DNA of 64,000 nucleotides, taken from Fimicolochytrium jonesii. Lineage: Eukaryota. Positions 51,816-64,000 of this stretch are shown here, piece after piece. The position numbers and the translations under genes were made by a program. The notes beneath the pieces are model-generated. The model was not told the DNA's origin. It saw only the letters and a list, made by a program, of their open reading frames with translations, and ran no database searches. Numbering within the stretch: the first letter of the stretch is position 1; each line of letters starts with the position of its first letter. Location: positions 186,001-250,000 of the forward strand of contig NW_026515679.1 in NCBI RefSeq assembly GCF_025526975.1, read 5' to 3'.

Positions 51816-52625
51816 GTTGATAGTGTTGCCGAGGTAAGCTTTCGGATGAGGGTTGGCTTTGAGTATCTGGTGTCTTTCGCCGGTTGCTTCGTTGGGATGT
51901 AGTCTTGCAGGAATGTCGATGTTCGATGTTCCCAGGTCTCGCAGGTCGGAACAGGGTGTGTGACTCACCATTGCGGGATGAAACCGGCGGAAACGACCAA
52001 AACCAAGAGGAGCCAAACACGGGCCTCTCCCTTCGCTCTTTCTCAACCGTGTATTTGCATCTAATCAGAAGCCGCGTCATTCCGTCCCTTTTTGGTTAAG
52101 CGCCGGATAAGAAAATCCCCCCCGTGTTGCGGTCTTATTTGGCTTGTCGAGTCTTGCCTTTTCTCAGGATCTCTCTATCCACGCCTGATTCCCAACGCTC
52201 CCATTTCCTCCCATATCCCTCTCGCAGGGTGTGGTTCCTCTCCCTCCTCTTGCAGCACGACGCAGCAACCGGACGCTCTGAGCTTGTTTCTTTTTCTCGC
52301 ATAGCAAACTCAGGAGCTCACTCATTCCATTCGCGCCTCGCAGGTTGAGACTCTTCCCAGCTCCTGGCCACAAACGCTGCACCAACCACGCGGACCTCTT
52401 TTCGTCAAGCGGGCGGGAAAAGAGCGCACTTGCAATTGCGCGCGAGCGAGCCTTTCTCAGGACGACAGTGGAAAAGCGACAGCGTGCATAGGTCTTGTTC
52501 GTTCGGCCGTTGCAACGAGGTGTAATCAAGCATCATATTCGCGAAGGAAGCGTGTAAGCCGGTTTTGTGCTGCTTCCGTTAGAGTCACCGGTCAGGAAAC
52601 GGTAGAAACATAGAGCTGGTCTCGT

Positions 52626-54656
52626 ATGTATAGCCGCAACATGTCCGTGATGGGACCCACTTCACCAATGGCTGTGACATATTCGGAGCATTCGATTGCA
52701 CAAGCAACGCCTTCCACGTCGAACGCCGGCGCCACGGGAACTCCCTCAGGGGCACACCCTGTCCCTCATTCAGCAGCGACGCATCCGCTGTCTGCAGACC
52801 TATCGGAGACGGCATCTTCCCTGTCTCCAGCATGTTCTAGCCCACAGAAGAAGAAGTTGAGGGTGGATGGGGATGTGGACGACGTTTTCCCACCAGCGTC
52901 CGTCATCCGGTCCATCGCACGGGAGCCACTGACCGAGAGCAATGACTCGGCCTTGGCACCCGCAGCTGAAATCGACCGTGAGGTGTCTTTGAAACCCACA
53001 TTGGAGAACGACGCGGCATCCCAGTCAGCCGAATCACCGGCGTCATCCCATCACCTTATCACATGGGCGGTATCTACGGAAAAGGGATATCGGAACACGT
53101 TCGGGGGCAACCGCCTGTCCATTCATCCCGAAATGGAAGATGTACATTGGCCTGTACACGGGACGACCCCACCAGCAAAGCAGTCGCCTCCTTCGACGCC
53201 GAATGGGGACCGTTCTTCGTCCAGACGCGCGGGAGAGATCTTGGCCGATGGAAGTCAATTGTTTGTCCTCGCCGATGGACATGGAGGCGTCGAGGCTCCT
53301 CGATTCTTTGTCGCAGGGGCTGTAGAAAGTGTGGGTGCTATATGGAACGAGCGGTCATGGGACTTAGAGGACATGGACCAGCGGGGCGAGTTTCGTGCCC
53401 AGGTACACCAGGCGTTCAAGGTGCTTGACGCGACATACGCGTCGCAGAAAGTGGAGGAATACCGTCGCTGGATGGATGCGCGAAAGGATACGAACGGTGG
53501 GGATGACGCAGACTTGCCTTCCAAGGCTGGTAAGCCCGTCGATGATGGCTGCACGCTGGTCGTCAACATCATCACGAAGGGATGGGTTATCAACATCAAC
53601 GTCGGCGACTCGCGAACGGTTGTTGGAATGAAAGCGGATGCCGATCACGGAAGCACATGGGATCCCGTGTTTGAATCTTCTGATCATAACATGACGCACC
53701 CGGCGAAGATTCATCACATTCAAAGAACCGGCGGACAATTCATCTATCCGTACGGCACCCTACGCACAATTGAACTCTGCGCTGCCGATGGGAAGCCCAT
53801 CACTGCGGAAACGAAGATACCCACTACACCGTACACACAATTAGAAGGCATGCGTATCTACAGGCCGCCAAGCGCTCAGATCCGGGCCGTCGGGGTGTCG
53901 CATCGCCGGACTCTGAACCTCAGCGCGACGATGGGAGACTTGCTGTTCAAGGTTGAACCGGCAGTCCTATCGTGTGTTCCTGACGTGGAGTTTGTGAAGC
54001 TGCGTAGCGATCGCCCTTACATTCTCGTTGCTGCCACGGACGGCGTGTGGGATCACATGCGGGTTCAGGACGCAGCGCTACAAGCGCAAATCGTGCTTGG
54101 GCGCGTCGCAAACATGGTGGATCCAAGCGCGCTCGAATTTGCAGCACCGCTAACGCCCGGGTCGGTGACAACCCTCAATTCGCCCAGAACGCCGTCAGAG
54201 TACCCATTCCCAATCGTTGATCTACCGGTCGTCACCACGCCTTCCGCGGCCGATACACCCCAGCCCTCGTTCACGCCGATGGATAGCTTTCCTTTTCCGT
54301 CGCCAAATTCTCGGCCAATTTCTGGCTCACATGGCCCACAGAGCCCCACACCTGAAACCTGCTCGCCGCCCGCAACCAACTCCCTTAGCTGCGCAGAGGT
54401 GAGCCATGGTCAACGCCTCGCCTGGGCCGCACGAATGCTCGTCGAGCGCGAACGAGGCAGGAACAAGGCATGGAACTCGAACTACGAATGCAAGGCCATC
54501 GACACGAAGACTCTAGGCGCCGCTAGTCCTAGCCCCTCCGGCCCTTTGCCCGCGGCCCCACCACCGTCGTTCGCCGCCCTCCCGGATCTATTCTACTCCG
54601 GCCAGATGCGCTACGACGACGCCACCGCGTTCATTGTGTACCTGCAAAACAACTAG
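52626..54656 (+). CDS. PP2C/PPM-family protein phosphatase, intronless, with disordered insertions
   Basis: 676 aa; motifs EMED, LADGHGG, DGCT, NVGDSR, DHN, MGD, ATDGVWD, DDAT. Confidence 0.88.
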   Translation: MYSRNMSVMGPTSPMAVTYSEHSIAQATPSTSNAGATGTPSGAHPVPHSAATHPLSADLSETASSLSPACSSPQKKKLRVDGDVDDVFPPASVIRSIAREPLTESNDSALAPAAEIDREVSLKPTLENDAASQSAESPASSHHLITWAVSTEKGYRNTFGGNRLSIHPEMEDVHWPVHGTTPPAKQSPPSTPNGDRSSSRRAGEILADGSQLFVLADGHGGVEAPRFFVAGAVESVGAIWNERSWDLEDMDQRGEFRAQVHQAFKVLDATYASQKVEEYRRWMDARKDTNGGDDADLPSKAGKPVDDGCTLVVNIITKGWVININVGDSRTVVGMKADADHGSTWDPVFESSDHNMTHPAKIHHIQRTGGQFIYPYGTLRTIELCAADGKPITAETKIPTTPYTQLEGMRIYRPPSAQIRAVGVSHRRTLNLSATMGDLLFKVEPAVLSCVPDVEFVKLRSDRPYILVAATDGVWDHMRVQDAALQAQIVLGRVANMVDPSALEFAAPLTPGSVTTLNSPRTPSEYPFPIVDLPVVTTPSAADTPQPSFTPMDSFPFPSPNSRPISGSHGPQSPTPETCSPPATNSLSCAEVSHGQRLAWAARMLVERERGRNKAWNSNYECKAIDTKTLGAASPSPSGPLPAAPPPSFAALPDLFYSGQMRYDDATAFIVYLQNN

Positions 54657-56081
54657 AGCAGTGAAGCCGCTTCCAACGAATCATCGTCACGTCTTCCTCG
54701 GGGACACTTGGTCGACAAATCATATCTAAGAAATTTTGGACTATTTTGCCTCGCATTGAAGGAGAATTATAATCGCATCCCAAGGGCGGAGGGTGTGTAC
54801 TGCGTAGCAAACATCCGCCGTCCGCCTTCGCACCCCCCGAGGGTGATTCTCGGTCTTTGTTCGTACCGCTCACTCTGTAGCCCTTCCCCTCTATCCATGT
54901 GTATCCTTTTCAACTTAACTTATTTGCTTCTGAGACTTTAATGGTCTTCATTATCGAATGCATTTGCATCATCATTATTATTGGCATGTGATCGCGGAGT
55001 GGGAGAGAGAAAATGCGTTGAGAGTCTTGACTCTTGGAGAAGATTTCAAGGACGTCAGGCTTGTGGCTTGAGCAGATTTTTCGAATACGCACGAGCGAAG
55101 TCCCAATGCTCCGCTGGTGTTGTGCCTACCGAGGTTGGTGTTTTCGGTGTTCAAGAACCCAGAAAACGCACGCTGGGCAACGTGTAAAATAAGGCGGTAC
55201 CTGTGCCTTAATAGTCTTACCTGCTACCATTTAAGGTGCGTGGCTGATTGGCTGAAAACCGCAGATCCTCGCGCCCTTTATTTCCCTAAATATTTAATCG
55301 AAGCCGCAGAACCCCAACTTTCAATCAAATAGGACAACGAGAAATGCGGTCGCTAATGAAAGACACTTAGAACATGTGCAAAGCCGGTATGACGGCGACC
55401 GCTGCGGGATGTGCTGAGAATTTGTAGCGGTTTCCTAACATGAACTGATAAGAATCCTCAATAACGCCGTGTCGTTCGGGACCACCCGGCGTTCGAATAA
55501 GGCTTGGGGTCGTCATTATGGAGAGAAGGGGGCCGGTGACTTCTTCGTGTTTCTGAGTGTTACCATATGAAATGACGAGCTGCAGGTAGTCTCCGGCGTT
55601 ACGAGATTACTGGCGTACGAGACGGTGTACAGTACGACTCCTCAGTTATTACTACAGCGAGCCAGAATTCACAATTCAAACTTCCACTTGCAAGGCCTTC
55701 ACCACCCGTTATACATAATACACAAGGTGCCTCACCAGCTTTATTTCAGCGAGCTTAACGGAGGCAGCAACGGAGCACTCGTCTGAAGAAGACCCTGGCC
55801 AGCGCGCACGACGCGGGGAGACACGCATAAACGGCCGTGAGTGGGCAGCCCCAAACGCGCTTTCCACACCAGAGACAAGTGGTGAGGAGCGCACTTGGTC
55901 GTGGAAGAACACAGTAGCCTAGTACCGAGTCTACCGACAGTGACGACAGAACCCACGGGGTTCGGAGCTCAAGAGCCGGTCAACCAACGACGTATTGCAG
56001 AGGCGCTCTGAAACGAATTGTCGTGTGACGTGGGCTGCCGAAAAAAAGTATAGATATCGGTGTCAAGTTGGAAGAGCAGCA

Positions 56082-59000
56082 ATGGACAAAATCAAAGCCG
56101 CTTTCAACAGAGGGAAGAACAGCCAGCAGGCTCCTTCAGGGCACGGAACCCCGGTAAATAACGCAGCTCGCCGACCGAACAACAACGACGGTCCAGTTGC
56201 GGGTCGTCCACGAACTCCTTCATTCACGGAGAGCAGTCGGCGGTCACGGCATGAAATTAGCCCGAAGCAGCAGCAGCGGCAGCCAGAACAACAGAAGCCT
56301 CTGCCACCACAACCGCAACCACAACCACGTCCGCAGCAGCAGTACCGATCGGGAGAGTCGGAAGGTAGGAGGTCCGCTGTGGTGACAACGAAGCGGAGCG
56401 TTGTGTCAATGCGAGACCGACCGAACACGGTTGTTGGAACGCCTCGACGAACCCCTTCAACGGATGGAGTGAGCCACAGGGCAATGTCTCCTGGTAGCAG
56501 AACGGGATCTTCCCCTCGTCCTATCTCGCCCGCGCCTTCAACACATAGCGCCAGGGTTCCGTCGCAACAAAGTCTCCGGCCGAACCCAAGCAGCAGCAGC
56601 CACCCCCGCCCATCCCAATCCGTGTCCCCTTCCTCATCTTCTTCGTTCGCTTCTTCACATTCGCACCACTCGAACTCGTCATCGTCTTCGCCAAACTCGT
56701 CACGGATAATACGGAGCACGTCGTCTGAGCGGGAGTCCCGAGAATCGAACGGCGCAGCTTCGCATAAACATGCGCAAAGATCAAACGTGGAAACCAGCCC
56801 TCAACCAGCCCAGGAACCTCGCGAGGTTGATCGTCGAAGTTTGCGTGTGGACAACTCGAGGGTCACAAAGAGGACTATTACGGTCGGGCCGTACCGCCTC
56901 TCCAAAACACTGGGGCAGGGAAGCATGGGGAAAGTGAAGCTGGCGACACATGCCTTGACTGGAGAGAAGGTATCTTGGAATGCATTCCGTCTTTCCGAAG
57001 CTGTTAGCAGCGTACTCACAGATCTTATTCCAGCGAGCATGCAAGATGATCCCACGGCCGGCATCAGCGATGTCTAGCCAGGGCACAGTGACGATCGGAC
57101 CAACGAAAACCATCGGTCTTCTACCCGTTCCAAAAATAACGCCAGCAATCAAACAGGCGTCCGCTCAGAAAGATGGGGAAGGCGATGAGTTCAAAGAGCT
57201 CCGTATCGTTCGGGAAGTGGCCATTATGCTCCTTCTTGAGCATCCTCATATCGCGTCTCTGTACGAGGTGGTCCTTCAAGATGATCATTATTACATGTTC
57301 CTCGAATACGTGGATGGAGGGCAGATGTTGGAATACATGATAACACATGGGAAGTTGAAGGAGAAGCATGCAAGGCGGTTCATGCGGCAAATCATTTCCG
57401 CCATAGGTAAGAACAATCTTGTCGGCCTGATGGGAACGGTGTTTTGACGCAACGAGATCTTCCCGCACAACAGATTATTGCCATCAAAACTCGATCGTTC
57501 ACAGAGATCTGAAGATCGAAAATATCCTGATAGATAAGGAAGGAACAATTAAGTTAATAGGTACGTCGATCAGTTCACATGCACGAAGGACAGGCTGGTT
57601 TGCTCACCTTTGGGAATTCTGGCAGATTTCGGTCTTTCGAATATGTATGCGCCCACGCAGCAACTGCAGACGTTCTGTGGAAGTCTGTACTTTGCTGCTC
57701 CAGAGCTACTGAGTGCAAAAGCGTATACCGGTCCTGAAGTAGATCTTTGGAGTTTGGTAGGTTTCTTTCGCGACCTCTCCACAATTGTGCGGCATATGCT
57801 GACGGTTCCTTGCTCTCAGGGTGTCATCTTGTACGTGCTGGTTTGCGGCAAAGTTCCCTTCGATGACGTCAGTATGCCGGTCTTGCATGCGAAGATTAAG
57901 GCTGGTGTAGTACAGTACCCGAGCCATCTGTCAGAGAGTGAGTTTCTTCCCGAAAAAACCGTTTTACGTTCGACCATCGCTTAACATACTCTCTCTAGGC
58001 TGCAAACACCTGCTGTCACGTTTGTTGGTGACTCAACCGAGCCGAAGGGCGACAATGGCGGAGCTTAAAAGCCATGCGTGGGTGGTGGAAGGGTATGACG
58101 GGCCACCAAAGAACTATATGCCGACGCGCGAGGAGGTCAAGCTTCCTCTGGATATGGAGGTTGTGCGCCGAATCAAAGGGTTCGATTTCGGTCCAGACGC
58201 CAACGTTGCCCATGAGATCGAGCAGCACATCCGTTCCACAGCAATGTCGAACTTCGAATGCCGCTCGAATCCAGCAAGGCGATCGTGGGCTCCCGTTGAA
58301 CCGAGACTCAGCGTCTATCATCTCGTCAAGGAAAAGATGGAACGAGAGAGGCGGGAAGCCGCTTCACTAGCTCGTTTGGCTGCTGATTCTCAAGCGGACA
58401 ACGCAAAGAGAATGAGCAATCTGGCGGTCAACAGTTCCGACCCGGCAATTATCTCTGCATCCTCATCATCAGCATCCGTGCAGGAGTCCAACTTCACGCA
58501 TCCCATCGCAAACCCGCGCGTCTCTGTGGCGAAGAACTTCGGCCAACCATCGCCGTCGCTCGACTCGCCACGGCCGTCTATTGCTGACCAACCGTACAAC
58601 CCGCCCAACAAGTCTCAGGAGACATCGTCAAACTTGAGCAAACGGCCACGGGGATCATCATTTTCTCGCCTGATGAAGAAGATCAGCACATCTTTCACTG
58701 GCGCACCTGCTCACCCTCAGGCGCTTCCGGCGGCGGCCGCTCCGGATGTACTTGACGACAACATGGTAGTACCTTCCATCGCACCATTACCCAACGCCTC
58801 TGCCTCGGGAAGCACCCGCCCATCGGCGTCTGCAACACCATCCCTGCATTCCCGACCATCAACCTCGAGCATGTTCTCGAATGCATCGGAATACTCCACT
58901 GTCACTACAGATACGAACATGACAGCGTCAGTGCCAAGTATTCCAGAGCAATCCACACCAGGCCGGGCTGATGCACGTATCGAGACCCTCCCGCTCAAGC

Positions 59001-59800
59001 ATCTTTTCTCCACATCATCTCACATCATGACCACCACCACGCACTCGCCAGCACACATCCGCCACGCACTCATCAGGGCTCTGGAGGCTTACAGCCGCCT
59101 CGAGCTGGTGTGGCTGGAAGTCAACGCTGGCTTCTCATGCGAGTTCAGACGCCCGTCGGAAGACGGTCAATACCAGGCCGACGAGGACACGGACGTCGAG
59201 GGTGGCGAAACCGACACCGAGAGCCGGGGCAACAGGTATGATAACGACGAGGACGATGATGAGATGGACGCCAACCGGGTCATGGTCCCCGCCGTGCCAG
59301 CCGTGCCAGTGATCCCTGCGCAGGGCACTTCGAGCTCGCCAACGGTCCCAACCCCCGCACCAGCGGCGTCCGTGCAACTGCCACAAGCCCCTCGCAAAAA
59401 CAAGGAGAAGGGCAAAACGTCATGGACGCGCAAACTCCGCAAGCGATCGTCGTCCCTGTGGTCTTTGGCATCTCTGTCGTCCTTTGCATCGGGCACAAGC
59501 GTGGCGTCCAACAAGTCGAAGGCGCTGCCGGAATCGCGGTCGGCCGGAGAGTATGAGACCGAGGCCGATGGCGTGGTGAGGATGGAGATCTCGATTGTGA
59601 AGGTACCGCTTGTTCATGCCACTTATGGCGTGAGATTCGTAAGGATACGGGGTGATCGGGCTCAGGTGAGATTTCGCATCCCTTGTCTCATGAGCTCTTG
59701 GGGGTGATTCCTGGTAATTGACGCAACTTCACCTTTGAATGATTTGCGCTTGCAGTTCAAGGAGTACACAACCGACATCATCGACGCGGCGCACCTCTAG
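56082..59800 (+). CDS. KIN1: Kin1/Par-1/MARK Ser/Thr kinase with C-terminal KA1 domain
   Basis: Seven exons. [14 protein letters not shown] (beta-3 Lys), [54 protein letters not shown]1 [21 protein letters not shown]. Confidence 0.94.
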
Positions 59801-60519
59801 GTCTTTTCGCTCCCTGAGTCGGCAGAATTCTGTCCTTCAGGCTGCCCTTTCATTTCCCATTTTGGTCACTTTTCGAAACCGGCCTTTACGCTCGAGCCCT
59901 TCTCGTCCGGCGTAACCATATCGCATACGCATCACTTTCCGTGCATCGAACTCGTTCAACGACACTGGGCAATCGAGCCCACACGACGTGGAAAAATTTG
60001 GCTGCCTTACTGCAACTTCTTCCGCTCAAGATCCTCGCAGAAGGATATATTCTTTCACCACCTCTGACTGACTAAGCGTCCAGTCCTAATTCTTTTGGGC
60101 AGATTTGGATCGGCGTAAACTTCTACCGCCCCCTTCCCAACATCCCCTATCTACCTACAATACGGCGGCTACTCGCGCCCCCTCTCTTCTCACACACATT
60201 TCACACATCGCGTTCATCCCATTAGTCCCATTCGATACGGTTTCCTAGTTTTCCCATCCATTTTGACCCTGTTTGCAACCTGCAAACAGGGATTTGTACT
60301 CTATATATTCCTACGTATATGCTTTTGACACCATGTGGGGTCTGGTAGCGCCTTTTCGTGTTGTTACAGATTGGATGCTGACATCTGGCGAACGGCGCTA
60401 ATTGATGCACCTAATCGAGGACATGACAGTCCGAGAAGTGAGCTGCTGGCCTCGTGCGCACCATGGAGTCGTGAGGATGACGGAATAGACGACCCTCTAT
60501 GTGGGCAGGAGCGGCCAGA

Positions 60520-61223
60520 TCAGGCAGGTGGGAAGTTCGGTGGTGGCTCTGTCCGTAACTAAGATCGTGATTCATCAGATTGTTGCTTTGGGGGGGAGAT
60601 AAATCCCGGTCCCTATGAGGCAAAGCTCTCAACGCACCTCCCAAATCGTCCGTGACTCCCTCTCATTCACCTTCTTGTCGTACTTTGTCTCTTCCCGTTC
60701 ACGGATCATCCTCTACAGGCGGAAGATGAGAATCAATCACCGCCTACTAGATCGTTCCGTCGGGAAAGTATCCCCCTTTTGACACCCCTCTTATCCATGC
60801 TGAAGCTTTTCCACTCTTCCATCCGCCATCCCCGACTTCCTCCTGCAAAGACGAATGCGTCATACCTCAGCGTCAACCCTGTTCTTTGTCTTCATCTTCA
60901 GACAAAAGTTGAAGTCCGCCCTTGCCTCCGTGCAATCGCGGAATGTTCCATATCGGTAATAATGCTTCACTTGCGGTAGGACAGCTGTTCAGATGATGGG
61001 GGCGTGAGTAGCAGAAAGAGAAGAGGCGGACAAACGGACAGTCCTCCAACGACAAGTGTTGGGAGTGAGGAGACCTACTGTAGCATAGTTGCATTTTGTC
61101 AAAGGCCGCCCAGACGCTGCAAGTCGTGTCAAAGTCCGGAGCACCATTGTTCACCGAGTGGGCTGTTGTTGCGGAGCTCGACGGCGCTTGCTCCTGCGTT
61201 GGGTGTGGTGATTGTTGAACCAT
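60520..61223 (-). CDS. EMI1: Small Emi1/DUF3128-like Cys-containing protein
   Basis: Four exons give CSVWAAFDKMQLCYTVLPQVKHYYRYGTFRDCTEARADFNFCL..SRTIWELRTEPPPNFPPA*. Confidence 0.82.
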
Positions 61224-61555
61224 TTTCGCTCTGCATGAAGTGCGCTCGACCAAGTTCCATTAGCGAACGGAAGTTTCCACGAAGAGAGAATCGAGGAGTT
61301 GAGAACATCACCACGCGTTTGCGTTCGTCTCGTCCCCAAGTCATTTCCACCCTGATTTCCACCGTCCGCCAGATAGTAGTCCACCACCAACTGTCTGTCT
61401 AGCCCTTCAGCTCTATTCCAGCGCAGGCAGAAACCCGTGCAGGCAAGCAACAACCTCTTCGCCGCTCTTCATTCTGGTGCACTGGTCCTGACCTTTTTTA
61501 TCTATCGTTCAGGATACCGGCCGCGCAGCACGAGTGCAAAGCAACCGACCTGAGG

Positions 61556-63007
61556 ATGATTACATTACCTCGGGGTCGAACGCTCCGTCTAGTCACAGGC
61601 CTCGCCCTGGTCTTTGTGACATTCCTGTTCCTTCACAGCGCCCTAGGCTCAGGAAACGCCAGGCAGAGAATCGCAGATGAGTGGTCGCGTAAAGGGACAG
61701 CAGAGCCGGCCGCTGCTGTGAAGAAGGTTTCCCCGTCCTCAGCAGCAAAGGCTGAACAGGATGATCAAACGTCGGGTATTCAGCAAAAAGCGAACCGCAA
61801 CCGCCTGCTTCACCAACCAGGCTCACCGTATATGCGATCGGACGTGGATTATGCAGAGAGGATTGGACTGACCTTAGTACCGGTCGATTCGCTCGCGCCT
61901 GTTCGCAACACATCGTTTACACCGCCGACGCCGCTAGTCAAAGGCGTTATTGTGATGCTCGCAAGGAACTCGGACGCGGATGGCGCCGTGAAATCCCTTA
62001 CCGAGCTGGAGCATCGATTTAACAAGAAGTGGAGATACCCGTACGTCTTCTTGAACGAGAAGCCGTTCGATGACAATTTCAAGCAAAAGCTCCAGGGCGT
62101 GAATCCCGCTGCGGATATGAAATTCGGGCTCATACCGACCGCGCATTGGTCTTATCCTTCTTGGATCAATCAAACCAGAGCTGCCGCAGCACGCAAAGAT
62201 ATGGCAGACAGGGGCATCATCTACGGGGGCCACGAGGCTTACCGCCACATGTGCCGGTATAACTCCGGTTTCTTCTACCGTCATGAGTTGCTGGAAGAGT
62301 ATGATTACTACTGGCGTGTCGAACCCGACGTTCACTTCTTCTGCGATATCGATGAGGATCCGTTCCGCTTCATGCAAGAGCATAACAAGCTGTATGGCTT
62401 CACGGTCTCTCTCACCGAATTTCGCGAAACGGTCCCAACGTTGTGGAAAACGACCCGCGAATTCATGACGGACAACCCGTCCTTCATCCGTACCGACAAT
62501 GCGGTTCGTTGGGTTTCCAAAGACCTCGAAGATTACAACATGTGCCACTTCTGGTCCAACTTTGAAATCGGAAGTTTACATCTCTGGCGCTCCAAGGCGT
62601 ACAGCACCTTTTTTGAAACCCTCGATAAAGCAGGCGGCTTCTTTTATGAGCGCTGGGGAGACGCGCCCGTGCACTCGATAGGCGCTACCTTGCTGCTGAA
62701 GCCATCGCAGATACATTTCTTCAACAATATCGGCTACGACCATACGGGCATCAACCACTGTCCCGTCTACCAACCGGCGTTTGCGAACAAGTGCGAATGT
62801 GACGGCGTCAAGAGCTTTGACATGACTGACTGGTCATGCACGCCGGAGTGGTTTGATTTGTTCGGTGGCGGGACGGCCAATCGTGAGGCGGAGAAGATTC
62901 GAAAAATCGAGGAACAGAAACAGGAGAAGGCAAAGAAGGAGAAGGAGGAGCGGGAAAAGGCGGAGAAGGAGGCAAGGGAGAAGGCCGAGAAGGAGAAGAG
63001 CACGTAG
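61556..63007 (+). CDS. GT15 alpha-1,2-mannosyltransferase (KRE2/KTR family), intronless
   Basis: N-terminal TM; LARNSD, YPYVFLNE, YRHMCRYNSGFF, YYWRVEPDV, CHFWSNFEIG, GGFFYERWGDAPVHS. Confidence 0.96.
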   Translation: MITLPRGRTLRLVTGLALVFVTFLFLHSALGSGNARQRIADEWSRKGTAEPAAAVKKVSPSSAAKAEQDDQTSGIQQKANRNRLLHQPGSPYMRSDVDYAERIGLTLVPVDSLAPVRNTSFTPPTPLVKGVIVMLARNSDADGAVKSLTELEHRFNKKWRYPYVFLNEKPFDDNFKQKLQGVNPAADMKFGLIPTAHWSYPSWINQTRAAAARKDMADRGIIYGGHEAYRHMCRYNSGFFYRHELLEEYDYYWRVEPDVHFFCDIDEDPFRFMQEHNKLYGFTVSLTEFRETVPTLWKTTREFMTDNPSFIRTDNAVRWVSKDLEDYNMCHFWSNFEIGSLHLWRSKAYSTFFETLDKAGGFFYERWGDAPVHSIGATLLLKPSQIHFFNNIGYDHTGINHCPVYQPAFANKCECDGVKSFDMTDWSCTPEWFDLFGGGTANREAEKIRKIEEQKQEKAKKEKEEREKAEKEAREKAEKEKST

Positions 63008-63715
63008 TTTTGCATCAACGGGACTCGGAACCCATGCCCCAACCATCAAACGGCGGAGTCTCGAACGCGCCGCTACGAAAGAAGAAACAGGACCTTGTTC
63101 GGACTTGTGGAATTTTCATGCATACAGCGCCTGACTGGCTGTTGGGTGTACAGTAGTGTACCTCGGTAGGCTATGTCGAATAGATCCCATCCATACTTGC
63201 GCTGGCGCATCGTCCCATACGCGTACTGCTGGACTCCGTTAGGCTAGCACTTGTCTTTCTATCTTTTATGAATTGTTTTTAACCTTATCTTTAGTCTTGA
63301 GGCAGCAACAAAAATAATGGAGAATGATATTTCGACCCTACCGTTGACTGTTCTTCCACATCGGACGAGCAAGGGAAGTAAGCGGTGACAAAATGATATT
63401 CTTCAGACGCAAAAAATATGTAAAATCACACAAATGAGCTACCCTAGGCTATCTGCGATACCCGGGAGCCTCAGCAAACAATAGAACCGCGATACAAAAG
63501 AAGTACACGAACCATAAACGATGCGTAACATAGGAAGACAGGGGTGAAAGTAGCAAAACCCAGCAGCCTAAAACGAGTTAGGCAGACATGTTTTCATCGA
63601 TAGTTTTACGCCACCTCACCCTGATTTGAAACCGACTTGCATATCTGACATTTTGTATGGGTTTTGGTATTGCGGATAAGGGCGGCCATCACCTTCGGGT
63701 ATTTCGCCGTCCATC

Positions 63716-64000
63716 TCAGGCGTGGGTCTTCTTCGGGTGCATCTCCTTCTCGTGCTTATGGCGGACCACAACGACGGGACACTCGCTGTTGTGAACGCAG
63801 TAGTCGGAGACGGAGCCTACAAAGGCACTGGATGTCACGAGTGTTTCCCATGACGAGAAAATGGCATTGAGTGAGGAACCAAGCGACTGAGTTCACCATG
63901 ATGGAAAGAGCAGGCGATCGATACAAAGGCGCTGACATACCGCTTCAAGGTGCCCATTCCCCTGGACCCGATCACGAGCATGTCGGCGTTGACTTCTTTG
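63716..64000 (-). CDS. Universal stress protein (USP), 3' end; the rest lies beyond the right edge
   Basis: Splicing 64000-63941 to 63827-63716 gives ADMLVIGSRGMGTLKRAFVGSVSDYCVHNSECPVVVVR, the USP G-x2-G-x9-G-S motif. Not present in the ORF track. Confidence 0.88.

Overview
Gene-dense eukaryotic DNA with short spliceosomal introns (mostly about 60-80 nt, GT..AG, CTRAC-like branch points). Gene content is fungal (AUR1, TUP1, RXT3, KIN1, a KTR-type GT15, TIM9). An early-diverging, probably chytrid-like, fungus is my inference and was not tested. I reconstructed 24 protein-coding genes by splicing the ORF track by eye: a partial hybrid histidine kinase, sugar porter, small EF-hand protein, Ohr peroxidase, Msp1-like AAA ATPase, Rxt3, Aur1, Argonaute, a GPI-type secreted protein, SCCPDH-like reductase, oligopeptidase B, GH47 mannosidase, cystinosin, TatD/Scn1, a TMD0-like membrane protein, an SH3-TM protein, Tup1, F-box/LRR, Tim9, PP2C, Kin1, Emi1-like, GT15 and a partial USP. 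I saw no rRNA, tRNA, CRISPR array or intact transposase, and I cannot support a coherent new multi-gene system. The best leads are: an Argonaute with an intact DEDH tetrad whose RGG box lies inside the PIWI domain; a Dpy-30-like helical motif fused to oligopeptidase B; an unclassified dispersed non-coding repeat (12.9, 13.1 and 35.9 kb); a C-rich to G-rich skew along exons; a GC-AG intron; and an AUG-less N-terminal extension of Tup1.
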